Shown here: positions 25,020-37,512 of the stretch, in pieces | How the letters are laid out: every line of letters begins with the position of its first letter | Numbering within the stretch: position 1 is the stretch's first letter | Assembly: GCA_964016885.1 (NCBI GenBank) | Contig: OZ024740.1 | Coordinates: 329,344,001-329,408,000, forward strand | DNA: 64,000 nucleotides | Reading direction: 5' to 3' | Source: Eledone cirrhosa | Lineage: Eukaryota | Made by a program: the position numbers and the translations under genes | The notes under the pieces: model-generated | The model's input: the letters and a program-made list of their open reading frames with translations, nothing else | Told to the model about the DNA's origin: nothing | The model's database searches: none

Positions 25020-25173
25020 ATAAACTTGTTATAATGTCATAATAGCTCCTTTGTTCATTTTCATTAATATATATGTATATATATATATATGTATACATGT
25101 ATGTATATATAAATGTATATATATTTATGTATAAATATATATATAAATATATATATATATATGTATATATATA

Positions 25174-25221
<48 letters not shown>

Positions 25222-25230
25222 TATAAATGC

Positions 25231-25266
<36 letters not shown>

Positions 25267-25269
25267 ATG

Positions 25270-25685
25270 TAGAGGTTATATTTAATTTGTTGGGATTCAA
25301 CAAGCTTAAACATGTTTATAACTGATATAAAGCGCTCAACAATTTAGTGGAGTAAATAAACAATATATTAATAAATGGAAATTATATCTATAAAACCATA
25401 TTTATTTTATTATACATATTTCAAGGGCAACCAAAGCAAATTATGGTGAGCTTTCATCAGATAAAATAGAGATTTGTTTTATAAATAAATATTGAAATAC
25501 TCGGAAAAAGACAACCTTAAAGGTTGGAGCTTCCTAGATACTGTCAATATTTATTTATAAAACAAATGTGTATTTTATCTGATGAAAGCGCACCATAATT
25601 TGCCTTGGCTGCCCTTGAAATATGTATAAAAACATAAATATGGTTCAATAAATATGGTTTCCATTTATTAATAAATTGTATATTC
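25270..25685. mobile_element. Fold-back PLE pLTR mini-insertion with two opposed hammerheads
   Basis: Imperfect inverted arms at about 25367-25495 and 25545-25672, an unpaired tail at 25270-25366, (TA)n on both sides; same family as 36471-36935. Confidence 0.82.
25403..25468 (-). ncRNA. Minimal type I hammerhead ribozyme, canonical core
   Basis: Minus strand: tattttat-CTGATGA-aag...ctt-GAAA-tatgtATA-ataaaata (8-bp stem I). A mirror copy with damaged stem I lies at + 25571-25636. Confidence 0.8.
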
Positions 25686-25731
25686 ATATATATATATTTA
25701 TATATATATATATATATATATATCATTATCA

Positions 25732-25816
<85 letters not shown>

Positions 25817-25927
25817 CACGCTTCTCAACGTACACCCAATTACATCTCTCTCTCCACCACCGGACCTTGTTACCCGGAGATTTACCCATTTGCATTGTCG
25901 AGGCTTCCAAACGACCTAAAGATATTT

Positions 25928-25979
<52 letters not shown>

Positions 25980-25981
<2 letters not shown>

Positions 25982-26209
25982 AGTAAGTATGTTTTGAAAC
26001 AGTGAGCAGGTTTGAAATTAGAAAATAGAATAGCTTTCACCGTATTTTTGACTAAAGGAATTTTAGTCTGATAATGGTGTTTAGAACCCTCAGATAAATG
26101 GAAAAAGATGTGTATTGACGTACATGGAATACTCATCTTTTTCCATTTATCTGAGGGTTCTAAACTCCATTATCAGACTAAAATTCCTTTAGTCAAAAAT
26201 ACGGTGAAA
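25980..26209. repeat. Fold-back insert (about 82-bp arms plus unpaired tail) between (TA)n tracts
   Basis: 26035-26116 is the reverse complement of 26128-26209 with few mismatches. Confidence 0.88.
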
Positions 26210-26340
26210 ATATATATATATATATTATACACACACACACAGACACACATATATATATATATATTTATATACTTAACCCTCAATGGTTGGACGGGAAATC
26301 ATTGGTCATCATCTTTTAATATTCGAATGATTAAAATAAT

Positions 26341-26623
26341 TGTTTCTACTTTTGGCACAAGGCCAGCAATTATCCCAGTACATTATGGCACTTTATTTTA
26401 TCGACCCCGTAAGGATGAAAGGCAAAGTTAACCTCGGCGGGATTTGAGCTCAGATCATAAAGGGAGGTAACTCTATGCTTCAAAGCATGGAGTCCGACCC
26501 ATACCGATATGATTAAAATAATTGTTTCCATGTTTGGCCCAAGGCCAGAAATTAACCAGTACATTACTGGTACTTTATTTTATCGACTCCTTAAGGATGA
26601 AAGGCAAAGTTAACCTGGGCGGG
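26341..26623 (-). mobile_element. Two tandem SINE family 1 copies (26341-26509, 26523-26623)
   Basis: Reverse complement of 6189-6375; atgattaaaata precedes both. Confidence 0.85.
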
Positions 26624-27649
26624 TTAAAATAATGAAAGGCAAATCGTTTTGTATCTTGTTATTAAGAACTAAATATAATATTCAGAATTTAATTTATGTG
26701 CAGCAATTTTATATTAGCTAAGTAGCTAATAGTACAGATTTCTTTAGATCATAAGCGATAGTTCGATATCTGTTAAGCATTTGAAGGAGAAACGAATGTT
26801 CGTAAGGCGGACATTCAATGTATAATTTTAGTTTCTATAGAAGACATTGCGACTAAACCGGATATATAAGCTAGGTAATTCTTTGTTGCCGTGTCACTTG
26901 AAAAAGAAATTGAAATAGCGAGCAGAAATACCTTGGATATAACCACTGTAGTCATTAAACGCTTTTTGAGAGGAGTTTCTATTTAAAACAGTAATATTCG
27001 CATTTGAAATCTATTAGCTGTTCTATAATATTTTTCGTAAACAAAGCACAGTTATTGCGCATACAGATATAGTAATACAAATACTATTCTCCCTATCTTT
27101 TTTCAACACTTATTTATTCATTATGTCACAAGTTAGCTGTGTTTATTTATCTATTACATCATTGAAAGTATACACCTGGAATGTGCATTAAAGAATCCAA
27201 TATTCTTATTGTATTAACATGAAAAAAAACCCAGTTCTCTGATAAGAATTATTGTTATGATTGATGTGCCTCACCTGAATAAATTTCATAAAACCTTCGA
27301 CAAATTAAAACATTTCCCGATAGACATTAACGAGAAAAATGTACAATAGAAATCAATTGCTACTACGTTCACTAATATTAATTTAAATGAACAACATGCG
27401 GCTACATGGAGGCAGGAGGTGAAAGCAACTAAATTGACATTAGTTCTACATCTCGATGACGAAAGCAATGGAGAAAATTTGAGATTTGAATTTAAAATAT
27501 GAAGGCATATAACTAGCCATCACAAGTAAGTTTGACTAACGTAGTAAGAATTCCTCAAAATCAGCACATTACCAATTTTACTTACAATTAACTCTCACAC
27601 ATTACACATTGCTGCAACATATAAATTGGGGTTATTTAATTAAATCAAA

Positions 27650-28930
27650 CGTTGTATTTGACTGCTATTTTATTCATCGACTCTGGAATGGAAGGCCAGC
27701 TTTGAACTCAAAACATGAGGGGTCATAATGATTTGCGAAATTCCCCAAAACTACAAACATTTTAAGTATGGTTACATTCGTTTAATTTTATGCATGTTAA
27801 TTACTGAAGTTTATTACTTTGGCCTAGAATGGACTAAAAATAGGTCTCTGCAGGATTTGAAATTAGAATGTAAAGGGGTCTAACTAAAGAAAATATCTAA
27901 CATTTATCCACTACCAAATGATTACTATTAGAGCGTCAGTAAAAGTGCTTTGTGGTATTTAAGTACGGTCATTTAAGTACGGTCAAGTAAGGTAATTTAC
28001 GTTCTCAATTCTAATTCTGCCCATCTGGTTTCGATAAAATAAGATATCATTTCTACACTGAGGTCGACATAAACGACTTACACCCCCACCCCAAAATACC
28101 GACCTTTATCTGAAATTAGAAATCCTTATTTCTTATAGAATATCAATAATATCTATTTTTTTTTTTAAATGCAAGCGGTGATATAAAATTATATAGAGAA
28201 ACTTCAGTAGTAAGATATAATATTTTGAAAATATATATTGCTTTCTATATCAGGTACATATATTCAAAACTGTCATACCCTATTACATCAAATATACTAT
28301 TTGACTGGTACTTAATTTAGCGATCATGGTTGGGAGGAAAAGCAAATAAATCATCTACGTGATTTGAATTCAAACATAAAGAAATAGCGCAAACTATTTT
28401 ATTCGCTGTTCTATAGATTTTACTTAGCTGTTCTAAATATATTGAATAATATAAAACACAACATAATATTACTGCATTTACAACTCTTTCTACAAAAGCT
28501 GCTGTATAATTCCATATCTCCGCAATTTCACTCCCCTCAAAATATACTTCAACATTTCTTAAAATTGTTCTGAAATGTTATTTATCAATGAGATTTTGTT
28601 TGTGTTTAGATCCAAAAGTTTAGACAATTATATATCAACAATATTTTATTAGTGTTTGTGTTAGTGAGCAGAAATATAGATATGAGATTGTTTAATTTCA
28701 GCTCTTTAAACAATGATTTTAACATAATAGTTTCTGATTTAGGCACAACTCCTACACATTTTTGGGCAAGAGGAAAGTTGATTAGATCAACCGCAGTACG
28801 TTACTGGTGCTTTATATTATAGATAAAGTAAGGATGAAAGGCAAAGCTAACATCTAAGGGATTTGAAGACAGAACGTAAAAGGCCTTAAACTCTATGCTG
28901 CGAAGCATGTTGTTAGATGCTCCATTGATA
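27650..28930. mobile_element. Cluster of old, diverged SINE family 1-related fragments (both strands)
   Basis: Recurrent decayed motifs ctggtactt.attt.atcga, ggatgaaaggcaaag and gatttgaa at about 27660, 27850, 28000-28130, 28305 and 28730-28920. Confidence 0.55.
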
Positions 28931-28947
28931 ATGTTCTTTAACACATT

Positions 28948-29134
28948 TGTTTCTACTTTTGGCACAAGACAAGCAATTAAACAGTGCCTTACTGGTACTT
29001 TATTTTATCGATCCCGTGAGGATGAAATGCAAAGTTAACCTCGGCGGGATTTGAACTCTGAATGGCAAGGGCGATAAGTCTATGCTGCAAAGCATGGCGC
29101 CCGACCCTCTACCGATATTGCCAATCCACCGCCC
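28948..29134 (-). mobile_element. SINE family 1, full length
   Basis: Complete reverse-complement copy from ggcggtggattggc to gtagaaaca; tctttaaca repeated on both flanks. Confidence 0.88.
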
Positions 29135-29433
29135 ATTGCTCTTTAACATAATATTAACCAAACAATTATATTAATTGTCGTCAGTTTCTTTCAGTAAGGG
29201 ATTTTACAGGATTATAAATATTTTTGGTGCTGTCCAAATAATTTTCATAAAAACCGCTGATACTAACTTTTACCGTCTATCGGTTTGATGAATGTTTTTG
29301 TTTTATTGTCTCTAACAGAGCATTTACTGCTGTTGTCAACATTGTAGCTTTTTTTAGTTGCCAGTGATTTTATTGTACGGCTTACTGGATAGAGCCGGTG
29401 AGAATGGATGCTGCTGTTTGGCTAATATTACTT

Positions 29434-29600
29434 ATCGGTAGAGGGTCGGACGCCATGCTTTGCAGCACAGTTACGTCCCTTTACGATCTGAGTTCAAATC
29501 CCGCCGAGGTTGACTTTGCCTTTCATCCTTACGGGGTCGATAAAATAAAGTACCAGTAATGCACTGGGTAATTGCTGGCCTTGTGCCTAAAGTAGAAACA
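29434..29600 (+). mobile_element. SINE family 1, slightly 5'-truncated, 7-bp TSD
   Basis: Near identical to 6189-6375; attactt at 29427-29433 and 29601-29607. Confidence 0.88.
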
Positions 29601-31449
29601 ATTACTTTAAAATGCAATGTTTAGGTGCTGTAAATCTTTCAATTTATAATTTCTCCAACATGCAACACTATATTTGTGTAAACTTTTGCAGAGAAATCGG
29701 AAACTGTTCGTCAAACAGAGAATATTCCCACAATATTGTGGGCGTTTCAAGTAATCAGGTTTGGTAATTATGATAAACATATAGCGTATTTTTTTTCTGA
29801 AATTCGATCTTTAGGGCAACTACAATCTCAACTGTAAGAAGATTCAGGAGAGGAAATAATTAGGAAAGAGTTTTCGGTATGGTGTTTGGATGATAATTAT
29901 TGCAAAAATGATAGGAGGCCAGGGAGATATTTCAACAAGCAAACTTTTGAAGGAGTTGGTTTCCAAATTTCGAGGTATTAAATGGGCCATTTGATAGGAA
30001 CCTGGTCAGAGTGGACGTAGGGAGATGTTAAGAGTGGAAGGGCGATGAATTTGCCGAATTTATTTATGTTGAACAAAATGCCGCGTGATATTTAGCTACA
30101 ACTGTTTATCTTCTCAGTTCAAATCACTCCGACACCAACTTTATATTTCTTTCACCTAAGATACATGAAATAAACTTCCGTAAAATTTTAATAAATACTA
30201 GTTTGTATATTAAGCTGATGGAATGAATTGTCTAGATGAGTAGAAACTCGTCATCTAATACTTATACATGCTGGTAATTAGAAAGTTACCAGAGGATAAT
30301 AAATAAAAAAAATTCAATGCAAACGAGAGAATTGTTATACGTATAAGATAAGAGCAATATATGTTCTCTTAACGCTGGAGGATGTAAATCTACATATTCT
30401 AAAACACAATCGCAGCTATACGTTTCTCTACAATTTATAACCATGATTAATAAATGACGTCAATACTAAAATTATTTTTTATAAATATTTGTATTTACTT
30501 TTAATCATATTATTATACCAATTAATGGAACTTTCTTCAAATAACACAACGTTGTGATAACTATTCTGCTACACCCAAATAGTTGACTAGAGGACACCGT
30601 AAACTTCATCAAGCGAAATAAATGACCAAATAATCAGTTAATAGGTAAAGCTACAAATAGACCTAACCCTGAATATAATGCAAAAAAAACACCCCAGTTA
30701 TTATTTTTAAAGCATAAAATTCAAGAAAAGTGTTATCTAAGGGATTAAACAAAAATTCAACATAATTAATGTGAAATTGGTACCACTTATTGGAAACTTA
30801 ACATTTATACTTTTTGCACATTGATCTGGAGGGGTGTATACATATCTTGCCAGGAATTCTTTTATATACATTCTGAGTTAGTATGTTGCACTCTCTCACT
30901 GTTTAGGTGACACATTCTGTATTATTTCCACACAGACGACAGAGCACACTTTCACCAAGATTAAATATCTTTTACGTCACCAGCTTAGTAGTTAAAGTAT
31001 GGTCTTCGGCTGATATCAGCAATTCTTTCATCTCGCTTTTAGATCACAGTAGAATATTAGTTCAAATTGGCCCTGGAATGTTTTTATTTTTCAAGAATGC
31101 TTTACGTTTACCCGCAGGCTCATCTCAACCTCTTCTTTACTTTTCATTTTCTTATTTTCTAGTCCCATTAATGCTGAGGCATGCTGAAAAGCCTTTTATT
31201 ACCATTTATCAAGTGATATAAATCGTTTGCCTTTCATTATCGATAGAGTTTTTGAAATTTACCATTCCTCATTCTCCAAATGTACGTTAAATACACAGCT
31301 GGTTTACACTTGATTATCGATGTATGCAAGTTTATCACGTTTCAGCAATACTTCACACAAGTGATCGGAAGCGGTGATGGGACTGATCGCGAAATGTACT
31401 ATCGTGCCTACAACGAGCGTTTGTTCTCCAAGCCGTGGAACAATGCCGC

Positions 31450-32900
31450 AGGCAGACAGAGATCACGAGCAAGGGGAACAATAATGATAATTTTAGTTTT
31501 AATGCGTTTTCAGACACTGGATCGCTGTAATGCCCAGCGTCATCTGCTCTGTGTTTAGAACCGTTCATTATCATGCACGCTGTCCAACAATGTTGATCCT
31601 TCTCGTCCTTTTTCTATATATTGAATTTCGAACCAATTGGAGTCATTTAGAAGCATCCCACGCGAACTAGGATGTAGAAAGTCTGTTGCAGCATATGTCA
31701 ACAAGATTACTGGAGTGGTATCAAACAAAAAAGCTCATTAATACGTAGGGCCTCGCTAAGCGATAACATGAGGAAATATTAACCGGAAAAGTTGGTAGTC
31801 CCTCAGCTCGGCAACTACTAAGTCAAGCATATGCCATCGAATAGCTGCTCAGATCGATGGAAAGATGGTCCAGTTAAATTACTCGGAGTTTGGTTTGGTC
31901 CGGACCTCCAGAAGGGAAAGGAACTGGCACGAGGTAAGGAGCAGTGTGACCACTCTCACTCAGAAATGGGCCGACAAGAAGCTATCGCTGAAAGGTAGGG
32001 CAGATGTGGCGAACACGTACATCATGTCCGTCATCTATTACCACCTGATCATCGTGCCTTCTCCTGGTCTAGGTTTGACGGCATTGGAGCGGTTACGGTT
32101 TCAGGTTTTGTCGAAGGAACAGGGTCTACTTGCTGTCAGCAACTACTCTCTGGTCGATTGGGTATGCCATGGTTTATGATGCACGGACATGCGTTGAGAC
32201 GAAGACATCTCCAACTCTTCCTTTACGGTGACACTTTTTTTCCCAGCTGGCCTTCATGACTGAGCATCAGACCTAGGTCAAGGGAAGACCTACAATGAGC
32301 GCTCGGGGATTGAAAAGACTTCAAGCGCTCATAGTTCTTTGTAAAATATGTGATCATCCACCTTGGCTTTCCATATCAGGATTTGTGGTGGTCAAAAGCG
32401 ATGATGTACTTTGTGATTATCTGGGCGTTGACGATTATCACCTAGCAAACATTTCCGAAGAAATTTCGATGTAGAGCCCATGAATAACTTCCATGTGCTA
32501 CCGGGAATAATTTCCAGTTCTAGATAAACTCTGTCGGAATGGAATTATCATCAGACGGGTTTGTCCGAGATGCGGGTAGGGAGAGGATACCTCCTGCAGG
32601 CACTCGTCGAGTGTCGAATCATTGCTGGCTTGTAGGTTAGTGGAACACTTGTTATTATGTGTGTTATGCATCCGCCTATCAGCCCACCTTTAGGTGGGAA
32701 GGAGAGGCTGGTTTTATTTGCCTTGTGGCCATTGCTAAAGAGGTCGTTTGATGGACACGTCTGAAAGGGTTGAAGATAAGCCCTTTCCTCTTCGGTGAAG
32801 CTCTGATAAACTGTTTCAGTTTTCACTTGAAGAGGAATATCAAGGTTGAGAGGGAAGTGCTGTCTTACAAGAAGTTTGTGGAAAGATGAACGAGTGATGC
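31450..32900 (+). mobile_element. Old L1/Tx1 LINE fragment
   Basis: TTLTQKWADKKLSLKGRADVANTYIMSVIYY matches the 16288-16839 ORF; DNA collinear with about 16230-17460; left boundary approximate. Confidence 0.8.
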
Positions 32901-33535
32901 AAACATTATTGATGGATATTAAATTAATGCCTTTTAAAAGAATTGTTTTTATTTGCTTTTTATCTGCGTGTGTTGTATTCAGGATTGTGGAATGAAGAAC
33001 AAAAAAGGAACCCCAAAAAACAATACACATCAAGAGAATATAGTTAACATTTGTAAGTCAGAGAACATTTTATGAATATTTTTTAATGAATGATATCATT
33101 TTTTTATATGTTCATAGTATAATGTACCTTTATTTCCTTTCTACTTATTCACATCCATATATTTGTAAATATCACTGTATAGCGGTAAATAATTTACTTG
33201 TAGGACATTTCTAACAGATAAAAGAAGAATTATTATTATCGTTTTATTACGAATGATAGCATTTGAATGCTGTTTATAGTGGTTGAGACATACACAGAAA
33301 TAATGCAGTTCTGTATAATACATAATTACAATAAGTTAAAATAGGCAACTTCATTTCATTCATAATTCATACGCGTTGGAAACAAAATATACACACAAGA
33401 GAAGTTAGTATAAAGACAATAATCTAAAATCACTTTATTCTATAGGATTTTCATTTTTGATAGCTGCCAATGTCGGTACACATAGTTATGTTAAATAATA
33501 TATATATATATATAAACGAACAAACTCTTACATAC

Positions 33536-33584
<49 letters not shown>

Positions 33585-33587
<3 letters not shown>

Positions 33588-33728
33588 TAGGCTGTGGTAA
33601 AATACCAGTTGGACCATAACCCACCAGAGTACTCGACACTTGGAGTAGTAGAGTGGGTAATATGAAAATATTCAGGATCCCGACGGCTGAGCTCCGGCCG
33701 ATTTAACAGTTAGGTCCTGAATCTTTCT
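33585..33728 (-). mobile_element. Solo pLTR tail fragment related to PLE B
   Basis: Reverse complement resembles 40185-40300 (gagctcagccgtcggga, attacccactctactac, gagtactctggtgggttatggtcca); (TA)n on both sides. Confidence 0.75.
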
Positions 33729-33731
33729 ATA

Positions 33732-33796
<65 letters not shown>

Positions 33797-33933
33797 TAGA
33801 AAGTGAGGTTTTTTTTACAAAATGAAAAATAACCGAGGTGTCCTACACGAGTGAAAGTATAAAGAAAAAGAGATGAAATCGAAAATGCAACTGGAGTCTT
33901 ATTTTTTTTTAAAATATATATATTTATTTGGTT

Positions 33934-33971
33934 CCTTTACCGGTTTCGCAGTTCTTCTGCTTTTCAAAAGG
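33934..33971 (-). ncRNA. Minimal type I hammerhead ribozyme with U3:A8 variant core
   Basis: Minus strand: cctt-TTGAAAA-gcag aagaa ctgc-GAAA-ccgGTA-aagg; palindromic accggt stem III; followed by a ~140-nt tail into (TA)n. Confidence 0.8.
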
Positions 33972-34075
33972 TGAGTTGAGATGGAGGGTCTGTGGTTTTT
34001 CTCACATATATATATATACAAGATGGCGTAGGACAGAAAAAAGGAGAGGCACAACAACAAAGAAAAGAATCCTCA

Positions 34076-34117
34076 GTCACTGAAGAGGTCACGGAATGTG
34101 TGACGAAAGAATTTGAC
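34076..34117 (+). ncRNA. Minimal type I hammerhead ribozyme (one extra base after A9)
   Basis: gtca-CTGAAGA-g-gtcac ggaatgt gtgac-GAAA-gaatt-tgac. The downstream tail ends atgaccctcccaaagtataacaa(TA)n like the PLE D terminus. Confidence 0.75.
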
Positions 34118-34283
34118 AATATATAAACAATCATCTGGTAGTGGAACCAACCAAACAACCGGAAATTTATAAGTTCCTAAATTTATAAATTTATTATGAT
34201 AAATTGAAGTGAAAGCAACTGGTGCGTGTGTTTCTTATTGGCAACATGACCCTCCCAAAGTATAACAATATATATATATATAA

Positions 34284-34338
<55 letters not shown>

Positions 34339-34393
34339 CATATATACATATATACATATATGAATGTATATATATATGTTTATATACACACAT

Positions 34394-34425
<32 letters not shown>

Positions 34426-34491
34426 GTATGTATGAGTTTGTTCGTTTATACATATATATATATATAATTTAACATAACTATGTGTACCGAC

Positions 34492-34544
<53 letters not shown>

Positions 34545-34547
34545 CTG

Positions 34548-34666
<119 letters not shown>

Positions 34667-35719
34667 TTTTGTTATGTAATTTGCTGATAATTCAGTCCAT
34701 GAGTATATATGATCTGAAATATATATTGAGATACTTTCTCTCGTTGTCAAACAAACGCTGGTATGTAAGACGGTCACACATCTACATACACACATTTATC
34801 TCTAAATCAAACTTTTTTTTTTTTGCTTCCCTTTTTATATATGGAAAGAGTTAGATCACGCGTGTGTATGAGTATTTATATGCATGTATTATTTCTTTGC
34901 ATTGATCTATACTGTGTTTACTTTACGCATAAATATATATGAATAAATGTAAGCATCATTTCCAGTTATGCAAAAATGACATTTACTTATATTTACATCT
35001 CTGCTGTCCAGTTATCTTACTTTTTTTTGTTTAACATCCTAAGTGCATTTTAGAGAATATACCAAGCTTTGCTATTTGGCTTCTATTGCTATTTGAATAC
35101 TGTATATACTATGTATATATGATGGTTATGTGTTACATTTGTCTTTCATAGATATTACGTTTATATCCAAATGTGTATGAATATCTGTATGTATGCACAA
35201 ATGATTACTGACAGACACACAAACAATACATCTATACATAAATACATACACATATACACAAGTACACGCATATACATATATATATATATAAATATATGTT
35301 TGTGTATATATATCTATTTACCCCCCTCCCCCCCACACACATATATATGTATATATATATATATACATGTAAGACAGTGAAATATAACAATAGTTGATAG
35401 GTACATATATTAGTTGAAAAGATCGGGTAAAGTAACTATAGAGACGAAACAATATATAGTGAGTCACTTGCGAGGAATTGTTGTGCACATCCCTCATAGT
35501 GTTGCCTGCAATACCCTAGGTCCTTCTATCCACTGTTTCCGCTTTGAGGGTTACTGTTTGCCACGTATTCGACTATTACTGAAATACATGAACTATTATT
35601 ATAGATGAGTGTAATGTGGTGACGATATTTTGATATATTTATGCTTCGAAATACATACATATATAACCAAAGGAAATTAACTCACAGACACACACACGCA
35701 CACACACACACACACACAC

Positions 35720-35931
<212 letters not shown>

Positions 35932-36272
35932 TCTGAAGACAGCATATGTATGTGTTGGTATGTATATTCTATTTGATAGTTTTTATAATTTTGTATAATT
36001 TTGTACATAGATCTTTTGAATATGCATGCCAATTCTAACACATATATGTCCTAGAAACGATCGTTAAATAATGAACTTTTTTTGTTTAATATAAGGAACT
36101 GTTTCATTGTTTTATTCATTATTTTTTAAATATTTTATCTTGACTCTGTATTCCGTTTATCTTTCAACGAAAGTGATTTTTGAATGCATCTCTTCTTTCC
36201 ATGATATCCGGATTACATTGAGTTCTTCATACGGATTAGACACTACCGTAAACTTTTGGTAGATTTATCTAC

Positions 36273-36457
<185 letters not shown>

Positions 36458-36470
36458 TATATATATATAT

Positions 36471-36934
36471 ACGATATTAATTAAATGGAAACTATATTTA
36501 TAAAACCATATTTATTTCATTATATATATTTCAGCGATATCATATTAACAATATGCTATGCCTTCCTCAGACAAAATACAATATAAACAGTTTTATAGAT
36601 AAATAGATTTGACATACCGTACAACATCGACTTGTATTTGAAAAGTTGAATTGGCAGTTCAACTGCCAATTCAACTTTTCAAATACAAGTCGATGTTGTA
36701 CGGTATGTCAAATCTATTTATCTATAAAACTGTTTATATTGTATTTTGTCTGAGGAAGGCATAGCATATTGTTAATATGATATCGCTGAAATATATATAA
36801 TGAAATAAATATGGTTTTATAAATATAGTTTCCATTTATTTAATATCGTAAATATACTCCAAATACTTGTCGAGTGCTTTTATATCAGTTATTAATATTT
36901 ACTAGTTGTAACCCAACAATTTAAATATAACTTT

Positions 36935-36935
<1 letters not shown>
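36471..36935. mobile_element. Near-perfect palindromic PLE pLTR mini-insertion
   Basis: Arms 36471-36659 and 36661-36849 (1-nt centre, one mismatch seen), unpaired tail 36850-36935, (TA)n on both sides. Confidence 0.93.
36742..36807 (+). ncRNA. Minimal type I hammerhead ribozyme (mirror copy on - strand at 36513-36578)
   Basis: tattttgt-CTGAGGA-ag..catatt gtt aatatg..ct-GAAA-tatatATA-atgaaata. Confidence 0.8.
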
Positions 36936-36996
<61 letters not shown>

Positions 36997-37149
36997 CTGA
37001 GTTAATTTCCTTTGGTTATATATGCATGTATTTCGAAGCACCAATCTATGAAAATATTGTCACCACAATACACCACAATGCACATATATATATGAGTATA
37101 GAGTACTCTGGTGCGTTATGGTCCACCTGGTTTCTAACCACAGTTCCTT

Positions 37150-37188
<39 letters not shown>

Positions 37189-37512
37189 AACCAGTAAGAC
37201 CCCGACAGCTGAGCTCAAGCCGTTTCGACGGCTAATTCTGGACTAAATGAACATTTATCCTGGTATTTAAATAGCCGATCTTCTCAAGGGGTAATTCCAT
37301 ATATGGTCAAAGTGATTGTCAAAAATCAGTAGTAATTCTGTGGTTGCAAATTAGTAGGGGAGATGGTGGCTAAACCTGCCAGTAGGAGAAAGAGGGGAGG
37401 GGGTGGAGTAGACCCAATCAAGCGTTGGTAGTGCCAGCTACAGCTGGGCATGAGGTCAAAGAAGATACAGGGGAGGGGGAGGGGGAGGAAGTCGGAACGG
37501 TAGGTAGAACAA

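Larger units (their letters stand above)
19452..25070 (+). mobile_element. Penelope-like element A (Naiad-like), apparently unit length, inserted in (TA)n
   Basis: Frameshifted ORF 19655-about 22260 with SDKT, RDHK, QFDIDSYYTSI, TMGSSDSAQVTDLVGLY, GLYRDDAL, CNCRRKDKCPL knuckle, VVYAC...YVGST GIY-YIG, CSLCLTE and terminal CPH. 44-bp direct terminal repeat 19452-19495 / 25027-25070. Confidence 0.9.

Noticed and set aside
27350-27531. Possible exon ending in a strong gtaagt donor
   Set aside because: Poor acceptor, stop in the longest frame, and no partner exons.
31345-31450. Possible host exon (QYFTQVIGSGDGTDREMYYRAYNERLFSKPW)
   Set aside because: No canonical donor, no recognisable protein, and adjacent to decayed Tx1 sequence.
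37425-37512. N-terminus of the 530-aa ORF as a novel domain
   Set aside because: It is the inverted pLTR read through in frame by chance.
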